A stretch of 64,000 nt of DNA from Schizochytrium sp. TIO01 (taxonomy: Eukaryota; Protista; Bigyra: Labyrinthulomycetes): contig SMSO01000033.1 in assembly GCA_004764695.1 (NCBI GenBank), positions 558,001-622,000 on the forward strand, in the 5' to 3' direction. Numbering within the stretch: position 1 is the first letter of the stretch; every line of letters begins with the position of its first letter. The notes below the pieces were generated by a model that saw only the letters and a list, made by a program, of their open reading frames with translations, ran no database searches and was not told the DNA's origin. Positions 1 to 11,100 of the stretch are shown here, piece after piece. The position numbers were made by a program, and so were the translations under genes.

Positions 1-44
1 GTCCAGGAAAGGGAAAGGGGAAAGCTAGGGAGGCAAGCATAAAG

Positions 45-1217
45 ATGCTGTCGAGATTGTCGAGATGGAGACGCCAGGAAGCAGGTGGAGAGAATGCAGA
101 TGGCGAGGGAAATGAAGATGGAGACAAAGCTGTAGAAGACGTTTCGAGCAGCGAGGAAGATGACGAGGAAGATGACGAGGACGATGTCAGAGAACAGGGA
201 CGACGTAAGCGAGGTGAAAACCGAAGTCATGGTGTCCCCCAAGACTCTCATGACCTTGAAGAAGGAAACTTGAGAGATTCAAAAAGTCAAAATGGAAAGA
301 AGGAAAAGAAGAACAGAAGACAGTCTCTTAAGAAAGCTTCTGCAACTATAAAGAAAGATGATGAAGGTGGGATTGAGACAATCCGCGAACTTTCATTTAT
401 CAAGCTCCCTGAGGCGAAACCAGTATTTGAGCGGCAGCATTATATCATTTCCATCATACTTGGGGTAGTTGTTGCAACATGGATTTTCGGGATCGAAGGG
501 CTTTGCTTATTCGCTGAGAGCTGCATGTTCTATACTCATCGTCAGCGCTATAACCAGGATCACTTCAAACTGAACCTTGTGGACACAACGAATCCCCATG
601 TACCAGCAAACGGAGCAATGGCGCTCTTCCTTGCTGCAATATTCGTAATATTTGTTCTAACTCCAGGCAGCCTTTACCTCACTCGAACAGAGACACGTCG
701 CAATGTTCGATTGGCCAGTCTCGTTTCAATTCTTGGGACAGTTCTTTTAATTTTACTTGGCATTATCTTCTTTTCCAAGAGCCCCAAAGTCCAGTATGAC
801 TATAATTCTTCGGCGCAGCGGCTGTATTCATCTGCAGAAGAAGCTAACAAGGCTGCTCGGAAGTCAAGCAGCATGTTTGGTTTCCTATTTTTTGCAGCAG
901 CCAGCTTGCAAGCCACATTGGCTGCATACATTTTTAAGTTTTCGAGAGACGTACCTTTCGAGTCTACACGTCCATCAAGAATCCAAATCATTGCACGTCC
1001 CAGCAGGAAAGAAGATCCTGACATTGAAATTGGTGAAGCAAAGAGGAGAAGACGTCGCGGCAGCCTTAATTCGATCCAAAGTGGCAAGGATAACCGCTCC
1101 ATAGAAAAGAAGCAGCGCCGCCGTCAGTCCCACTTACAGAAGCACCGTGAAGCAGGTCCAGCTGATGATCATGAGCACGCTGGCGACGATAAAGATGATG
1201 ACGATGATCTGCTATAA
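45..1217 (+). CDS. Hypothetical multi-pass membrane protein (390 aa) with charged low-complexity termini
   Basis: ATG-started ORF with about four hydrophobic segments (YIISIILGVVVATWIFG, MALFLAAIFVIFVLTPG, LVSILGTVLLILLGIIFF, MFGFLFFAAASLQATLAAYIF). No family recognised. Confidence 0.75.
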   Translation: MLSRLSRWRRQEAGGENADGEGNEDGDKAVEDVSSSEEDDEEDDEDDVREQGRRKRGENRSHGVPQDSHDLEEGNLRDSKSQNGKKEKKNRRQSLKKASATIKKDDEGGIETIRELSFIKLPEAKPVFERQHYIISIILGVVVATWIFGIEGLCLFAESCMFYTHRQRYNQDHFKLNLVDTTNPHVPANGAMALFLAAIFVIFVLTPGSLYLTRTETRRNVRLASLVSILGTVLLILLGIIFFSKSPKVQYDYNSSAQRLYSSAEEANKAARKSSSMFGFLFFAAASLQATLAAYIFKFSRDVPFESTRPSRIQIIARPSRKEDPDIEIGEAKRRRRRGSLNSIQSGKDNRSIEKKQRRRQSHLQKHREAGPADDHEHAGDDKDDDDDLL

Positions 1218-1819
1218 TCATCGTCGTTTTTTTTCATTTGAAAACGAGGATATAGTGTGTTCAAAGGGAGGGAATAAAGAAAGATAATAATGAGCAAGTG
1301 CGGCATTTAATCTTCGAAGTCAAATTTGAAAGAGTCTTTTGACGAAACAGGAATGAATCTGTTTGGGTAGATAATCCATTTTTATGCATATATAGTAATA
1401 TTATATTTTCAAGTCGAAGTTCTTTTCAATCGAAGTAATCAACCGAAGCACTTAATCATGGTCTCCAGACGTATAAGTTAGCCTTAAGGCGGTAAAATAG
1501 CACCTTAAGAGCACGAACGATTTGTGCGAGTGCGAATGGATACGACCGAACAATTTCCAGCACACAAGCATGCGCACGAACGCCACACTACATTCTGCAG
1601 CCATTCGTCAAGAATTTGCGATATAATCGAATGTTCCAGTACCTGTAAGTCTCTAACCGATCGGCTTTAATATATCAATCACAACTGACTTAGTTAGGGG
1701 AAACCTAGTTAGAGTCTCCTCCCGTTCTGCTTTGCTGATCTTGATTGAGAATACTAATTCTAGGGTCAGACTACTGAATGTAGGAAGTAATGGGTAGAAT
1801 CGTCACTTACATGGTTTGT

Positions 1820-2509
1820 CTACTTGCGCACAGAGGCAAACATGTCGATGATTTCCTTCCGCTCCTGCAACGTGAGGTCCGGGTGCCAGACATCAAGGAG
1901 TAGTACGACACGATCTTCCTTGGTCTTGTTCCAGGTCTCATGTTCAAAGGCATCATCAAATACCAGCGCCTTGCCCTCCTCCCAGGCGCGCTCCTGGTCC
2001 GCAACACGAATGCCACATTCTGTTGAGTCCGCCGACGGCACGGAGAGGCCCAAGTGGCACCTTACGCGAAGGTTGCACGGTGCATAGTGCGGCTGGATCG
2101 CGCTGCCGCTTTTGAGTGTCGAGAAGAAGCAGTATGCAAACGGCAGCTCCAGCATTAGGTCTGGAACATGTTCGCGCAGAATTTTTGCAGTCTCTGGGCA
2201 CTGTGCTGCCATCTCGCTTTGCCATTGGCCTTTCAGCACAAATGACCTCCATTCCCAATCACCCTGGTGAAGCTTGTGCTCGCCATCGCTGACAGCGTAG
2301 TCTGACCCACGAGCTTTCTTCGCGGCATCATACTCTGCGCGAATCGTGGTCCAGTTCGCTTCAAGGGCGTCCGCCCACGAAGGCCGTGATGCTCCATCCC
2401 ATACAGGCGTCGATCCCAACCCTGCCAGCGCGAACAGAGACGGACACGATCTATTCTTCAGCCTCACGGCGCCGCTCCGCACGATCGTAGTACCTGTTGA
2501 AGACGCCAT
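1820..2509 (-). CDS. Aspartyl/asparaginyl beta-hydroxylase family 2OG-Fe(II) dioxygenase (catalytic domain only)
   Basis: Family motifs FSTLKSGSAIQPH, LRVRCHLGL, WEEGKALVFDDAFEHETWN, RVVLLLDVWHPDL. Confidence 0.9.
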   Translation of the reverse strand: MASSTGTTIVRSGAVRLKNRSCPSLFALAGLGSTPVWDGASRPSWADALEANWTTIRAEYDAAKKARGSDYAVSDGEHKLHQGDWEWRSFVLKGQWQSEMAAQCPETAKILREHVPDLMLELPFAYCFFSTLKSGSAIQPHYAPCNLRVRCHLGLSVPSADSTECGIRVADQERAWEEGKALVFDDAFEHETWNKTKEDRVVLLLDVWHPDLTLQERKEIIDMFASVRK

Positions 2510-2855
2510 TTGTCAGTCTGATCTAGATCACGCCAACACCGCAGGCGCGTTTAGGTCATGGATGAAATTTGACTCATCATGCTTTTATTTCTTTGGCCTG
2601 CATGTACAATAGTATGTATGTATAGCCTAAAGAACCCATTCATTCGTTGGGGAACTGAGGCAATCAATGTCCTCAAAAGTCATCCAATCGCTCGTGCTTT
2701 TGTTATTCCCTGAGTCCAAGTCGCGCACGGAGCATCTTGGCGAGCGCGCGTTGAGAATGTAGCGAGAGGGAAGTCGAGACAACAGAATATGCGTTTGCAG
2801 ATACGAGGTCTGTCTGCATGGGCCAAAGGAGTCAAAGGTGCACATGAACATCCCG

Positions 2856-2968
2856 ATTTGAATTTGAATTGAATTTGAATTTGAGTTTAAATTTGAGTTT
2901 AAATTTAAATTTGAATTTGGGAACTTTGAAATGGGCAATTTCGAATTTGAATTTGAATTTGAATTTGA
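2856..2968. repeat. Degenerate (TTTGAA/TTTGAG/TTTAAA)n hexamer repeat
   Basis: Directly visible in the divergent intergenic region; explains the NSNLNLN spurious ORF. Confidence 0.9.
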
Positions 2969-3402
2969 TCATTCGGATTTTTTTAATTTGCTCAGATTAT
3001 GATGTGCCCAAATTTGCATTTGAATTTCAATACCCAAATTGAAGTTTGGGCCTCCGCGCATTCAAACCTCAAGCCCACCCCGGGATGTCTGTAGAGTGCT
3101 CGCGCCGCTCTGCGTGTCCTCCGGGCCGCCCATACATCCTCAGATTCCAAGGACGGCTCCATTCGCTACCTCTGCCGTGATGGTTTTTCCCGCCGTGGAT
3201 GCAGCAAAGCTAAGCGTTCTTAGATAGTTCTAGCTAGATAAGCTACCTAGCTAAAAGAGAACAAACACCAGGCTGAGAAAATGAAAGAATTGTGAACAAG
3301 TGAAGCGACAAGGAAAGAACGCATCGCGCTTTCTCTGTCGCCGTTTGCGGATTTGGCGCCGCGGGAAGACTCCAGGTGTAATTTTAAGCGTGCACTGGAG
3401 CT

Positions 3403-4017
3403 ATGATCCAAGCATCCCCACGACTGGCTGCCTCAGAGCAGCAATCTTTGTACCGTTGCGGTGTGCGCACTCGCATTGCTCAGAGGACATCTGGACATGA
3501 CGGGCTTGCGGCGCCTGACTTCTGTCTCATGACACAGGACTCGTACAAGAAACTTGCGGTTCTCTGGTTGCGTGAAGAGGACCTACTAGGACCCGCTGCG
3601 GAGGCACAAAAACGCTGTGTAGAGATCGCTGCACCCCACGTCGCCAGTAAGGATAGCGTCGTGGTTGTGCTGGCTACGCGGAACCAGCAGACGATGGCAG
3701 CCTTCAAGGCAGTGCAGTCTTGGGCTTTTGAGCAGGAGGTCCGCTGCATTCCAGTGACTGCCCATATAAAGACCGTCGCGTGGGCTCTTCGGTACCTTGA
3801 GCGTAATGGCTCTGGCTCACGCAAAGCCGCTCCTGTCAAATTCAATGTGAAGCATTTCGAGGCTACTTGCACAGCCATACCCCGCGTGGGGCGGCTCACG
3901 TGCACGCAGAACTTGCTGCCAAAGGCCAAGACACTCAAGGCTGTATTTCAACTTGCAAAAACTTCCCCAGACCCAGCCTTGCGTCCCATTCGCGATTTTC
4001 TGACACAAACACTGTAG
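3403..4017 (+). CDS. FAAP24: FAAP24-like protein (inactive ERCC4 domain + helix-hairpin-helix)
   Basis: DGLAAPDF, LWLREEDLL, AIPRVGRL and C-terminal IRDFLTQ parallel recalled human FAAP24 motifs DGLTPDF, LYVTEADLV, QIPGVGKV and IHAFFTQ, in the same order; similar length. Confidence 0.7.
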   Translation: MIQASPRLAASEQQSLYRCGVRTRIAQRTSGHDGLAAPDFCLMTQDSYKKLAVLWLREEDLLGPAAEAQKRCVEIAAPHVASKDSVVVVLATRNQQTMAAFKAVQSWAFEQEVRCIPVTAHIKTVAWALRYLERNGSGSRKAAPVKFNVKHFEATCTAIPRVGRLTCTQNLLPKAKTLKAVFQLAKTSPDPALRPIRDFLTQTL

Positions 4018-4816
4018 ACAAACTAAACTCCTGAGAAAATAAGAAACTATCACAACCTCGTTGTGATTCCAGCTGCTCCCGAACAAGATGCAATCGAATG
4101 TACGACCACCGATATCAAAGGATGAAAAAGAACGCACATGATTAGGAGATGTGATGCTGGTAAGTCCTGTTGAAAACACATTGATTTGCCAGTTGGTACG
4201 AACTTCCTTAAGGTTCGCCCCTGCAAAATCTCGAGCCTTGTAATTCTGTACCTTAACCTGCCTTTGCAACTTCAAGGAGTCCATATCACAAGTAAGCGTA
4301 TAGACTGTTGAGATCACCCCATGTTTCTCACATTAATCTCTACCCACCCAACTATCGTGTTGACTATTTGTCTTCATGTTTTACTTTAAACTATATTTCC
4401 TAATCTCCCTCTATCCTAGGTCTTAGCATACTCTGCGCCTCTGTTTTGTGAAAGACAATACTACGGATCTACAGTCTTGGAAAACACGCTGGAGGTTCTC
4501 AGAACATAGAATTTGTAAAGCGAAATAAGATTATTCATGAGGTGTGCTCAGCTGCGGCTGAGTAGTATATGTGCCTCAAATGAAGCTTCAGATAGGCCCT
4601 GTCTTATGACTTTTGCAAACATAGCCTACTCTGTTTCCTTAGAAAAGAAAGTTGCCTGTCATTCGAAATCTTTCGCATAACACAGACAAAAAAATCAACA
4701 TAAACAATCAAACTGACATTATTAATTTATGATAGTTCTCACCTAAATTTAAAAGTAAATTATAAATTGTATAGTTATAAACTTAATTTTATAATTTTAA
4801 AAAATAAAAAAATAAT

Positions 4817-4888
4817 TTCCCATACCGGGAATTGAACCCGGATCTGCTCGGTGAAAGCGAGCGATGCTAACCATTACACCATATGGGA
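4817..4888 (-). tRNA. tRNA-Glu (UUC)
   Basis: Reverse complement TCCCATATGGTGTAATGGTTAGCATCGCTCGCTTTCACCGAGCAGATCCGGGTTCAATTCCCGGTATGGGAA: acceptor stem, GCTCG/CGAGC anticodon stem, loop CT-TTC-AC, T-loop GTTCAA; T-run downstream. Confidence 0.95.
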
Positions 4889-4988
4889 ACTATATGCCAT
4901 ATGTTGATAACGTACTTTTCACAAAGGTATATGAAGACCTCGCTTTTTGTAAAACAAGGAAAAAATTCGGCTTCAACACAAAAAGAAG

Positions 4989-5059
4989 TTCCCACGCCGG
5001 GAATCGAACCCGGAGATTGACGGTGAGAGCGTCAAATGTTGCCATTACACCACATGGGA
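4989..5059 (-). tRNA. tRNA-Glu (CUC)
   Basis: Reverse complement TCCCATGTGGTGTAATGGCAACATTTGACGCTCTCACCGTCAATCTCCGGGTTCGATTCCCGGCGTGGGAA: TGACG/CGTCA stem, loop CT-CTC-AC. Confidence 0.95.
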
Positions 5060-5363
5060 TTTGTGATCAGATATTTGAAGTCATGGTCTAACCATTTATA
5101 TACTTCAATTGAAGTGAATAGCAGCTCCACAAATTAAATTTTATTGAAAAAGCCCTAACAGCAACCTCCTTGCATAAAACAACTTTACAACATGGTGGCG
5201 TCTACTTCTCGTCCAACTAAAACAAAATAGAATAGAAAATGCCTATAAGCATCTTACTCTTGCGCTACCTCTTAAAGAATACTGTCCTATCATAACCTTC
5301 AAGCCCAAACAAATTATTTCCTCAAAAATGAACTGTCAGCAATACCGCAACATCAAAAAAAAG

Positions 5364-5434
5364 TTCCCACGCCGGGAATCGAACCCGGAGATTGACGGTG
5401 AGAGCGTCAAATGTTACCATTACACCACATGGGA
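5364..5434 (-). tRNA. tRNA-Glu (CUC), one D-loop variant
   Basis: Same as 4989-5059 except GGTAAC instead of GGCAAC; T8 terminator follows. Confidence 0.95.
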
Positions 5435-5474
5435 GAAGAATCATATAAGAGATAATGAAGCCAAAGCTTCGAAT

Positions 5475-5546
5475 TTCCCATACCGGGAATTGAACCCGGA
5501 TCTGCTCGGTGAAAGCGAGCGATGCTAACCATTACACCATATGGGA
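5475..5546 (-). tRNA. tRNA-Glu (UUC)
   Basis: Identical to 4817-4888. Confidence 0.95.
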
Positions 5547-5869
5547 GTTGACGCTGGAATTTCCCAGAAGCCGTGACCTTCCAATGCATGCGCTCATTCT
5601 TAAAGCTCCACCCGCAAACAGCATTCGAGGGGAAAAAAAGCAGTCATACGTTAACAGGCAGACAGACGGCTACAAGAACAAGTTAGTTGTTAAAAAAACA
5701 AACTGAAAACGTAGAACAAAGTACTTTTGCAACAAACAAAGTACTTTTGCAACAAACAAAGCACAGCCACCCAACCACCCATCCATGACTCCAGGTAGAA
5801 CCTGATAATGCAAACACCATTTCTATCTTAAAAAGACAAAAAAAGAAGAAGAAGAAGAGAAAAAGAAAG

Positions 5870-5940
5870 TTCCCACGCCGGGAATCGAACCCGGAGATTG
5901 ACGGTGAGAGCGTCAAATGTTGCCATTACACCACATGGGA
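5870..5940 (-). tRNA. tRNA-Glu (CUC)
   Basis: Identical to 4989-5059; T-rich tract follows. Confidence 0.95.
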
Positions 5941-5983
5941 GAAGAAACAATTAATACCGCATGTGACAAGTGGCGGTAATATA

Positions 5984-6055
5984 TTCCCATACCGGGAATT
6001 GAACCCGGATCTGCTCGGTGAAAGCGAGCGATGCTAACCATTACACCATATGGGA
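5984..6055 (-). tRNA. tRNA-Glu (UUC)
   Basis: Identical to 4817-4888. Confidence 0.95.
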
Positions 6056-6092
6056 GAGATAAGAACATTGGAAAAGAACGGTCAGAACACTG

Positions 6093-6164
6093 TTCCCATA
6101 CCGGGAATTGAACCCGGATCTGCTCGGTGAAAGCGAGCGATGCTAACCATTACACCATATGGGA
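6093..6164 (-). tRNA. tRNA-Glu (UUC)
   Basis: Identical to 4817-4888. Confidence 0.95.
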
Positions 6165-6196
6165 GAAATAAGGGGAAGGAACCGGAAAGAAATTGT

Positions 6197-6268
6197 TTCC
6201 CATACCGGGAATTGAACCCGGATCTGCTCGGTGAAAGCGAGCGATGCTAACCATTACACCATATGGGA
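6197..6268 (-). tRNA. tRNA-Glu (UUC)
   Basis: Identical to 4817-4888. Confidence 0.95.
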
Positions 6269-6499
6269 GCTTACAACTCATCGGTTGTTCCCTTGAGGCA
6301 ATGGGGCGCATACTTCGTGATAAAGCGTCCAACGAGGGAGGACTTCGTGCAAACAGTCGCCAGGACTGAGGAGGCCGAGAGCGCAGCTCTGAAGAGGCCA
6401 CGAAAACTCTCTCTCTAGTCCCGGCTCGCCCTCTGGCAAAGCTTTCGCCGATCAGGATTCAGGACAGAATTGGCACAGCTCGTCCTTTCGTGCTTATTG

Positions 6500-7700
6500 C
6501 TACTGGAGCTAGCTACTTTAGTAATTTACTACCGTACAGTATAAACTCTAGTTTTTCTTTAGTGAATGATGACTTTACATAATAATGTTGATATATCAAC
6601 TCCGTGGTACTGTCTCTTCTTTTTGTAATATCTGATCTTGGTGCCGAATGCTGACTCAAAGTGGCCTCTCGCACCTTGCAGCACCCAGACAGGCCTCTAC
6701 CTTGGTAGAATAGAAACTCATAGTATTGCTTGTCCTGAGTGCAATAGTTTTTTATCTGTTGTGTATTGTAGACGTATAATTTTAACCATTTGGGGCGAGC
6801 AATATCACTTTCTGCCATGTACATTGCTTGGAAATGCATGTCTTTTTAAATCCTATGCTTTGTAGGATATGACGGGTATACTGATCCGTTGTTGCATAAC
6901 TTGTCCTACAATTTGTGTTAACTTTTCTCACTATAACTATTATATTTCACTCATAATCCCTCAATTGGTCGTCCGCCGATACTACGGAAGTATCATCCAA
7001 ATCAAATTTTAACTGAATCAGAGACAAGAAACGTTGAAAATTGCATTAATTTGTAAACAAAATTTGTGTTGAAGTAGGTTGAAACTATATTAATACGCAT
7101 TTAGTAATAAATCCCAACGAATGTGGATGTTTTGCACGTATCTGACTTGCTGTATCGTCCAGCTTTAACTCTTTGTTTCCTCAAAAATAGCCAAAGCATG
7201 TTTAATTTATATTGATTTTCTGAGTATATAGTTGAACGTCCTCCGCAGCAAGACTTTTGGTGACAGTTCATTTGTTTGCCGACTTTTTTGCAATGTATAT
7301 GTCGCCTTTCTGCCATCAAAGGGCGAACTGTTGTTCAAAGACTATTCAGGGTGTGGTTTCCCGTGATGATAAACTTGTCAGACTTGTTTATTAAGTTCGA
7401 CACGATTTCGGTATAGCCATCAGGCTTTATGAATCACTATGGATAATTGAAGATGATATGAAGTTTCGCTCCAGGCGAACTCAACGATACATGTGCGTAA
7501 GAATGCTGAAGTGTATTGCAATTGTATACGATGAGGACCTGCGGTGGAATTGCATTCGTTCGTTTTCTTAACAGGGATATACTTTCGCAAACACGATTAT
7601 GTGTGTCCAGTTCGATCACGAGCCTCTCGCTCTCTTTCGCGTGGTACGAGTATTGGTTTCTCCTTGTTGATACTTAATGTGTCTAAATTTTTAAATTATT
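6500..7700 (-). pseudogene. Possible eroded P-loop NTPase gene (Crinkler-type NTPase-like); boundaries approximate
   Basis: Frameshifted fragments in plausible order: KPILVPRERE, SLSSPGA/KTSYHL (broken Walker A near 7460-7485), SLNNSSPFD...LLRRTFNY, SIGGRPI. Many stops. Confidence 0.3.
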
Positions 7701-8112
7701 ATGGCAACATGTCCTTACTCAGAATGGAAGACTCACTGCATCCTATCTTGGTTGAACCCAGTTGTTATTGTTGTCAGATCAGAAGAACTCATGACCCTCA
7801 AATTCGGGGTGTTCAATGCTGTGTCTATAAGCCTGATGTAGGGCATCTTGGTTAGTCGTTAATAAATGAGCAGTGTCTTATCATTCCCTAAATATGAATT
7901 TTAAAAAGCATCTTTATTAGAGAATAAACATCTCACAGTATCCCGTCTATGTGTATCAGATAATGAGAGCTAAAGGCCATTAAAATATTTTGGGAACTAA
8001 TTTATATTATTTGCGAGTGACGGAAGTATAAGACTGGTAAACTCTTTGAACATTGCCTCATGCAAAACACCAATATTAATGGTTCCATTTGCGAGTGATT
8101 AGTCGGTCGTAT

Positions 8113-11100
8113 TTACCGTGTCATGCTCTCAATATCTGGTGCTGGAGTCAAAGCATTTGACATTCTCTTTGTAGACCGAATTGGATTCGTTCGCTTAGTG
8201 AAGCTAGAAGGCATCGATAAATGAGCACTTTTAAGGCGCACAAGGCTCGCAAGGCTGACTTGATCGTAGTCATATAGATCATCCTTGCCATGGTCGCTTT
8301 CAGCGTCAAGTTCCAAGACTTCCCTAGTAGAATGGCTACCCTGAAGGGCTCTGGTCAGGGAATGGCGAGCTTGATAGCGACTAGCATAATCCGGAGGCAT
8401 GTTTTCTGAATCAAGAAAGTAATTTTCATTGTTTTCATTGTCCTCGTCGTCTTCGTCCATGTTGCTTGATGAAAGATCTTGTTGGTTGCTGCCATCACGC
8501 ATGGCGAATCTCCACTGCCCTCCAAATGGTCGCCGGACACGTTCTGAGAGCGGTCGTAAAGAACGAAGGCGACTCGTAAACTTCGACTGAGCTGCGAGAA
8601 CAGATTCGAAGAAGGGATCTGGTGTAAATCCAAGAGCTCGTCTTAAGAGCGAGCGACGTGATTCTGCACCAGAGGTATCAAGCTTGCGCTCTTCATCAAG
8701 GACACGGCGAATAGTACTAGTGACCTCAATCAATGGGATTGACCTATTCATGAAATCCCGACCGGTCTCAATGTATTGCCTGCATACATCAGCATACGAC
8801 CAAACTTGATGCCCCGGGAGGACAAGCACTGGATCTGGGATAGGTTCCAGGTTAATAAGATCCACAGCATTGTCAAGATCGATTGGCGGATCACCAGGGT
8901 CAAGAATCACTGGGGCGAGGCTTCGATATAATGGCAGTGCATCTGCTCGTAGATGCCGTTGCCATTCTGCCCAGTTAGTCATCCACGTTTCAAACTGAGC
9001 GTTAGTGATTGCTTGAGCTTCCTCGCGAACCTCATCTAACACATCTTCAGGGATATGGCGACGATAAATCAAGGTAGACGTCCTTACAGGTAGATTGAGA
9101 TCATCCCGTAGAGCAATCTCAAATTCCAAATGAATACTCACATCGTCGCCCATAGTTTCCAATGAATACTTGAGAGCGGCCTGGTCGACGAGCTCCAGCC
9201 GCATGATTCTTCGACCAAACTGGCGAAGCTTCAATGCACTACCCCGCGCACGAGCAATTTCTGTCATCATTTCCATGCGTCCCAATGCCCATATAGGTTT
9301 ATCATTGCAGGCAGTCAAAGAGTCTGCCATCAAAGTGAGCATTTCAGGCCGAACAAGTGGGTCAGAATATATAGTATGGAGAACCTGCGCAACACGTGAT
9401 TGAAGAACAGGACGCAGATCCTCATTACGATATTCTTGAGAGCCCGTAATACGTGATAGGAAGTCAAGAACACCTTGACGGTATGCAGGCTCTATGAGTT
9501 CAGAAAGGCGACTCTGATCAATTTGAAAATCCTCTGCAGCTCTTGTCAAGCGTGTCGAATCCTGCAAGTCTGTGTTATCGCTGCTGCTGGAGTTCCGATG
9601 TTGCATATCTACTTGGAATTCTATTTGCGCGGAATTCAAAAGAGTACGGTTGAGTGTAATCAATGCTGCTTGAGCAATAGGATCAGTAGCTAGCTTGGTA
9701 AAGGGGAGATACAAACATAACTGGCCTACCCGAGGATGACGCAACACCTCTAGAGGGACGTGTTCTAGTCGTGTGCAATAAGACAGGTCAATTACAGACC
9801 CACCAATTAAAAGATCCTCTGGCAGAACTCGTAGAGATGTACATCCTCTCGCAAACAGGTTACCACCCACGATCAATCCATCAGGCAAGTTAGAGATAGC
9901 TTTGCACCCATGGAGGAATAAATCACCATCTACCCGCAGACCTTGTGGTAGAGATATTAGAGATTTACAATCGCGCAAGTCTAAACTGCCTTTCACATGG
10001 CGAAGGCTGCGTGGAAGCTCGCGTAGCGAGTGACAACGCTCAAGAATAATACTCCCTCCCACGTCGAGTCGAGTTGTACCTAAAGAAATGAGCCTTTTGC
10101 AGTTCCAAAGATCCAAGTCCCCACCAACGAAACCCATCGATATAGGCAGAGTCTTTAGACGCCGGCATCCTCCTAGGTACAAGTTGTCCTCCACAGTAAG
10201 ACCTGCAGGAAGGCTAGTTAATCTAGAGCAATTTTCTAAGTGCAAAGAACCTTTAACATGTCGCAATGACTTGCCGATTCTGCAAAGTTGGGCGCAGTTT
10301 GTTGCAATCACTGATCCACCGATGCTTTGACCAGGATCCCCAATTGTGATTAACTCTAAACAATCAGAAATATTTAAATCTCCACTAACGTACAAATGTT
10401 CTGGGAGGGTTCTAATGCGAGACGAGCCAGCAAGATCTAGGTTTCCTTGAATATGGGTCTCTGGTGGAAGCTGTGTTAGGGACGAGCATCCTGCAATTTC
10501 CACATCACCAGCAATGTGCCATCGTTCGACCTCCCGAATATCCAAAAATTTTGAGCAGTTTCTAAAACTGAATCCACAAAGGTTTTCTGTAAGCATGGAT
10601 GGAGCTGTACCTATTTCACAAGATACTAGTTGCAGGTGCGTAGAAAGTGATAGAGGGTCTTGGATGTGCGATAACGGCAGGGCTGCACGATATATCATCA
10701 TTTTATTTGTGACTGGCTGAAAGTTACTCTTCCATTCAGCTCCGAATCCAATGAGACAGAGAGAATGCCCAGAGGTGACTTCAGCTGTAAATTGAATACG
10801 GGGGGACGCAGGTCTATTTTCATTCTCAGCGCTTGATGTTTCCTCCAAAGCATGTAAGTTGACAGGGGAGGATGGTTCGCCTTCGTTGCTTTTAGGTGAC
10901 ATCGAGGTTCTAGCAACAACAATAAGGGACCCTTCCTCCACAGTAAAACCCATAGGAAACAAGTTCAATGTGCTGACAGGCTGTTTGGTTTCGAGCTCAA
11001 CGTTTATGAGAACGTGCCCATTTTTGACAATTAAATGGGGCATATGCTGGTTTGCAGAAATGGAAAATACTAGCCATGAATGAATTCCTTGCTCAATATT

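Noticed and set aside
2627-2938. NSNLNLN-repeat ORF; telomere-like hexamers
   Set aside because: Translation of a degenerate AT-rich microsatellite; not TTAGGG-type.
3817-4317. 166-aa minus-strand ORF
   Set aside because: Non-ATG start, overlaps the FAAP24-like gene antisense, no recognisable motifs.
5716-5815. 20-bp tandem duplication and GAACCTGATAATGC resembling part of a TPP riboswitch
   Set aside because: Simple local duplication; the other TPP aptamer elements and stems are absent.
4817-6268. CRISPR-like pattern of identical repeats with unique 32-43 nt spacers
   Set aside because: The repeats are 71-72 nt tRNA-Glu cloverleaves; no cas genes; eukaryotic context.
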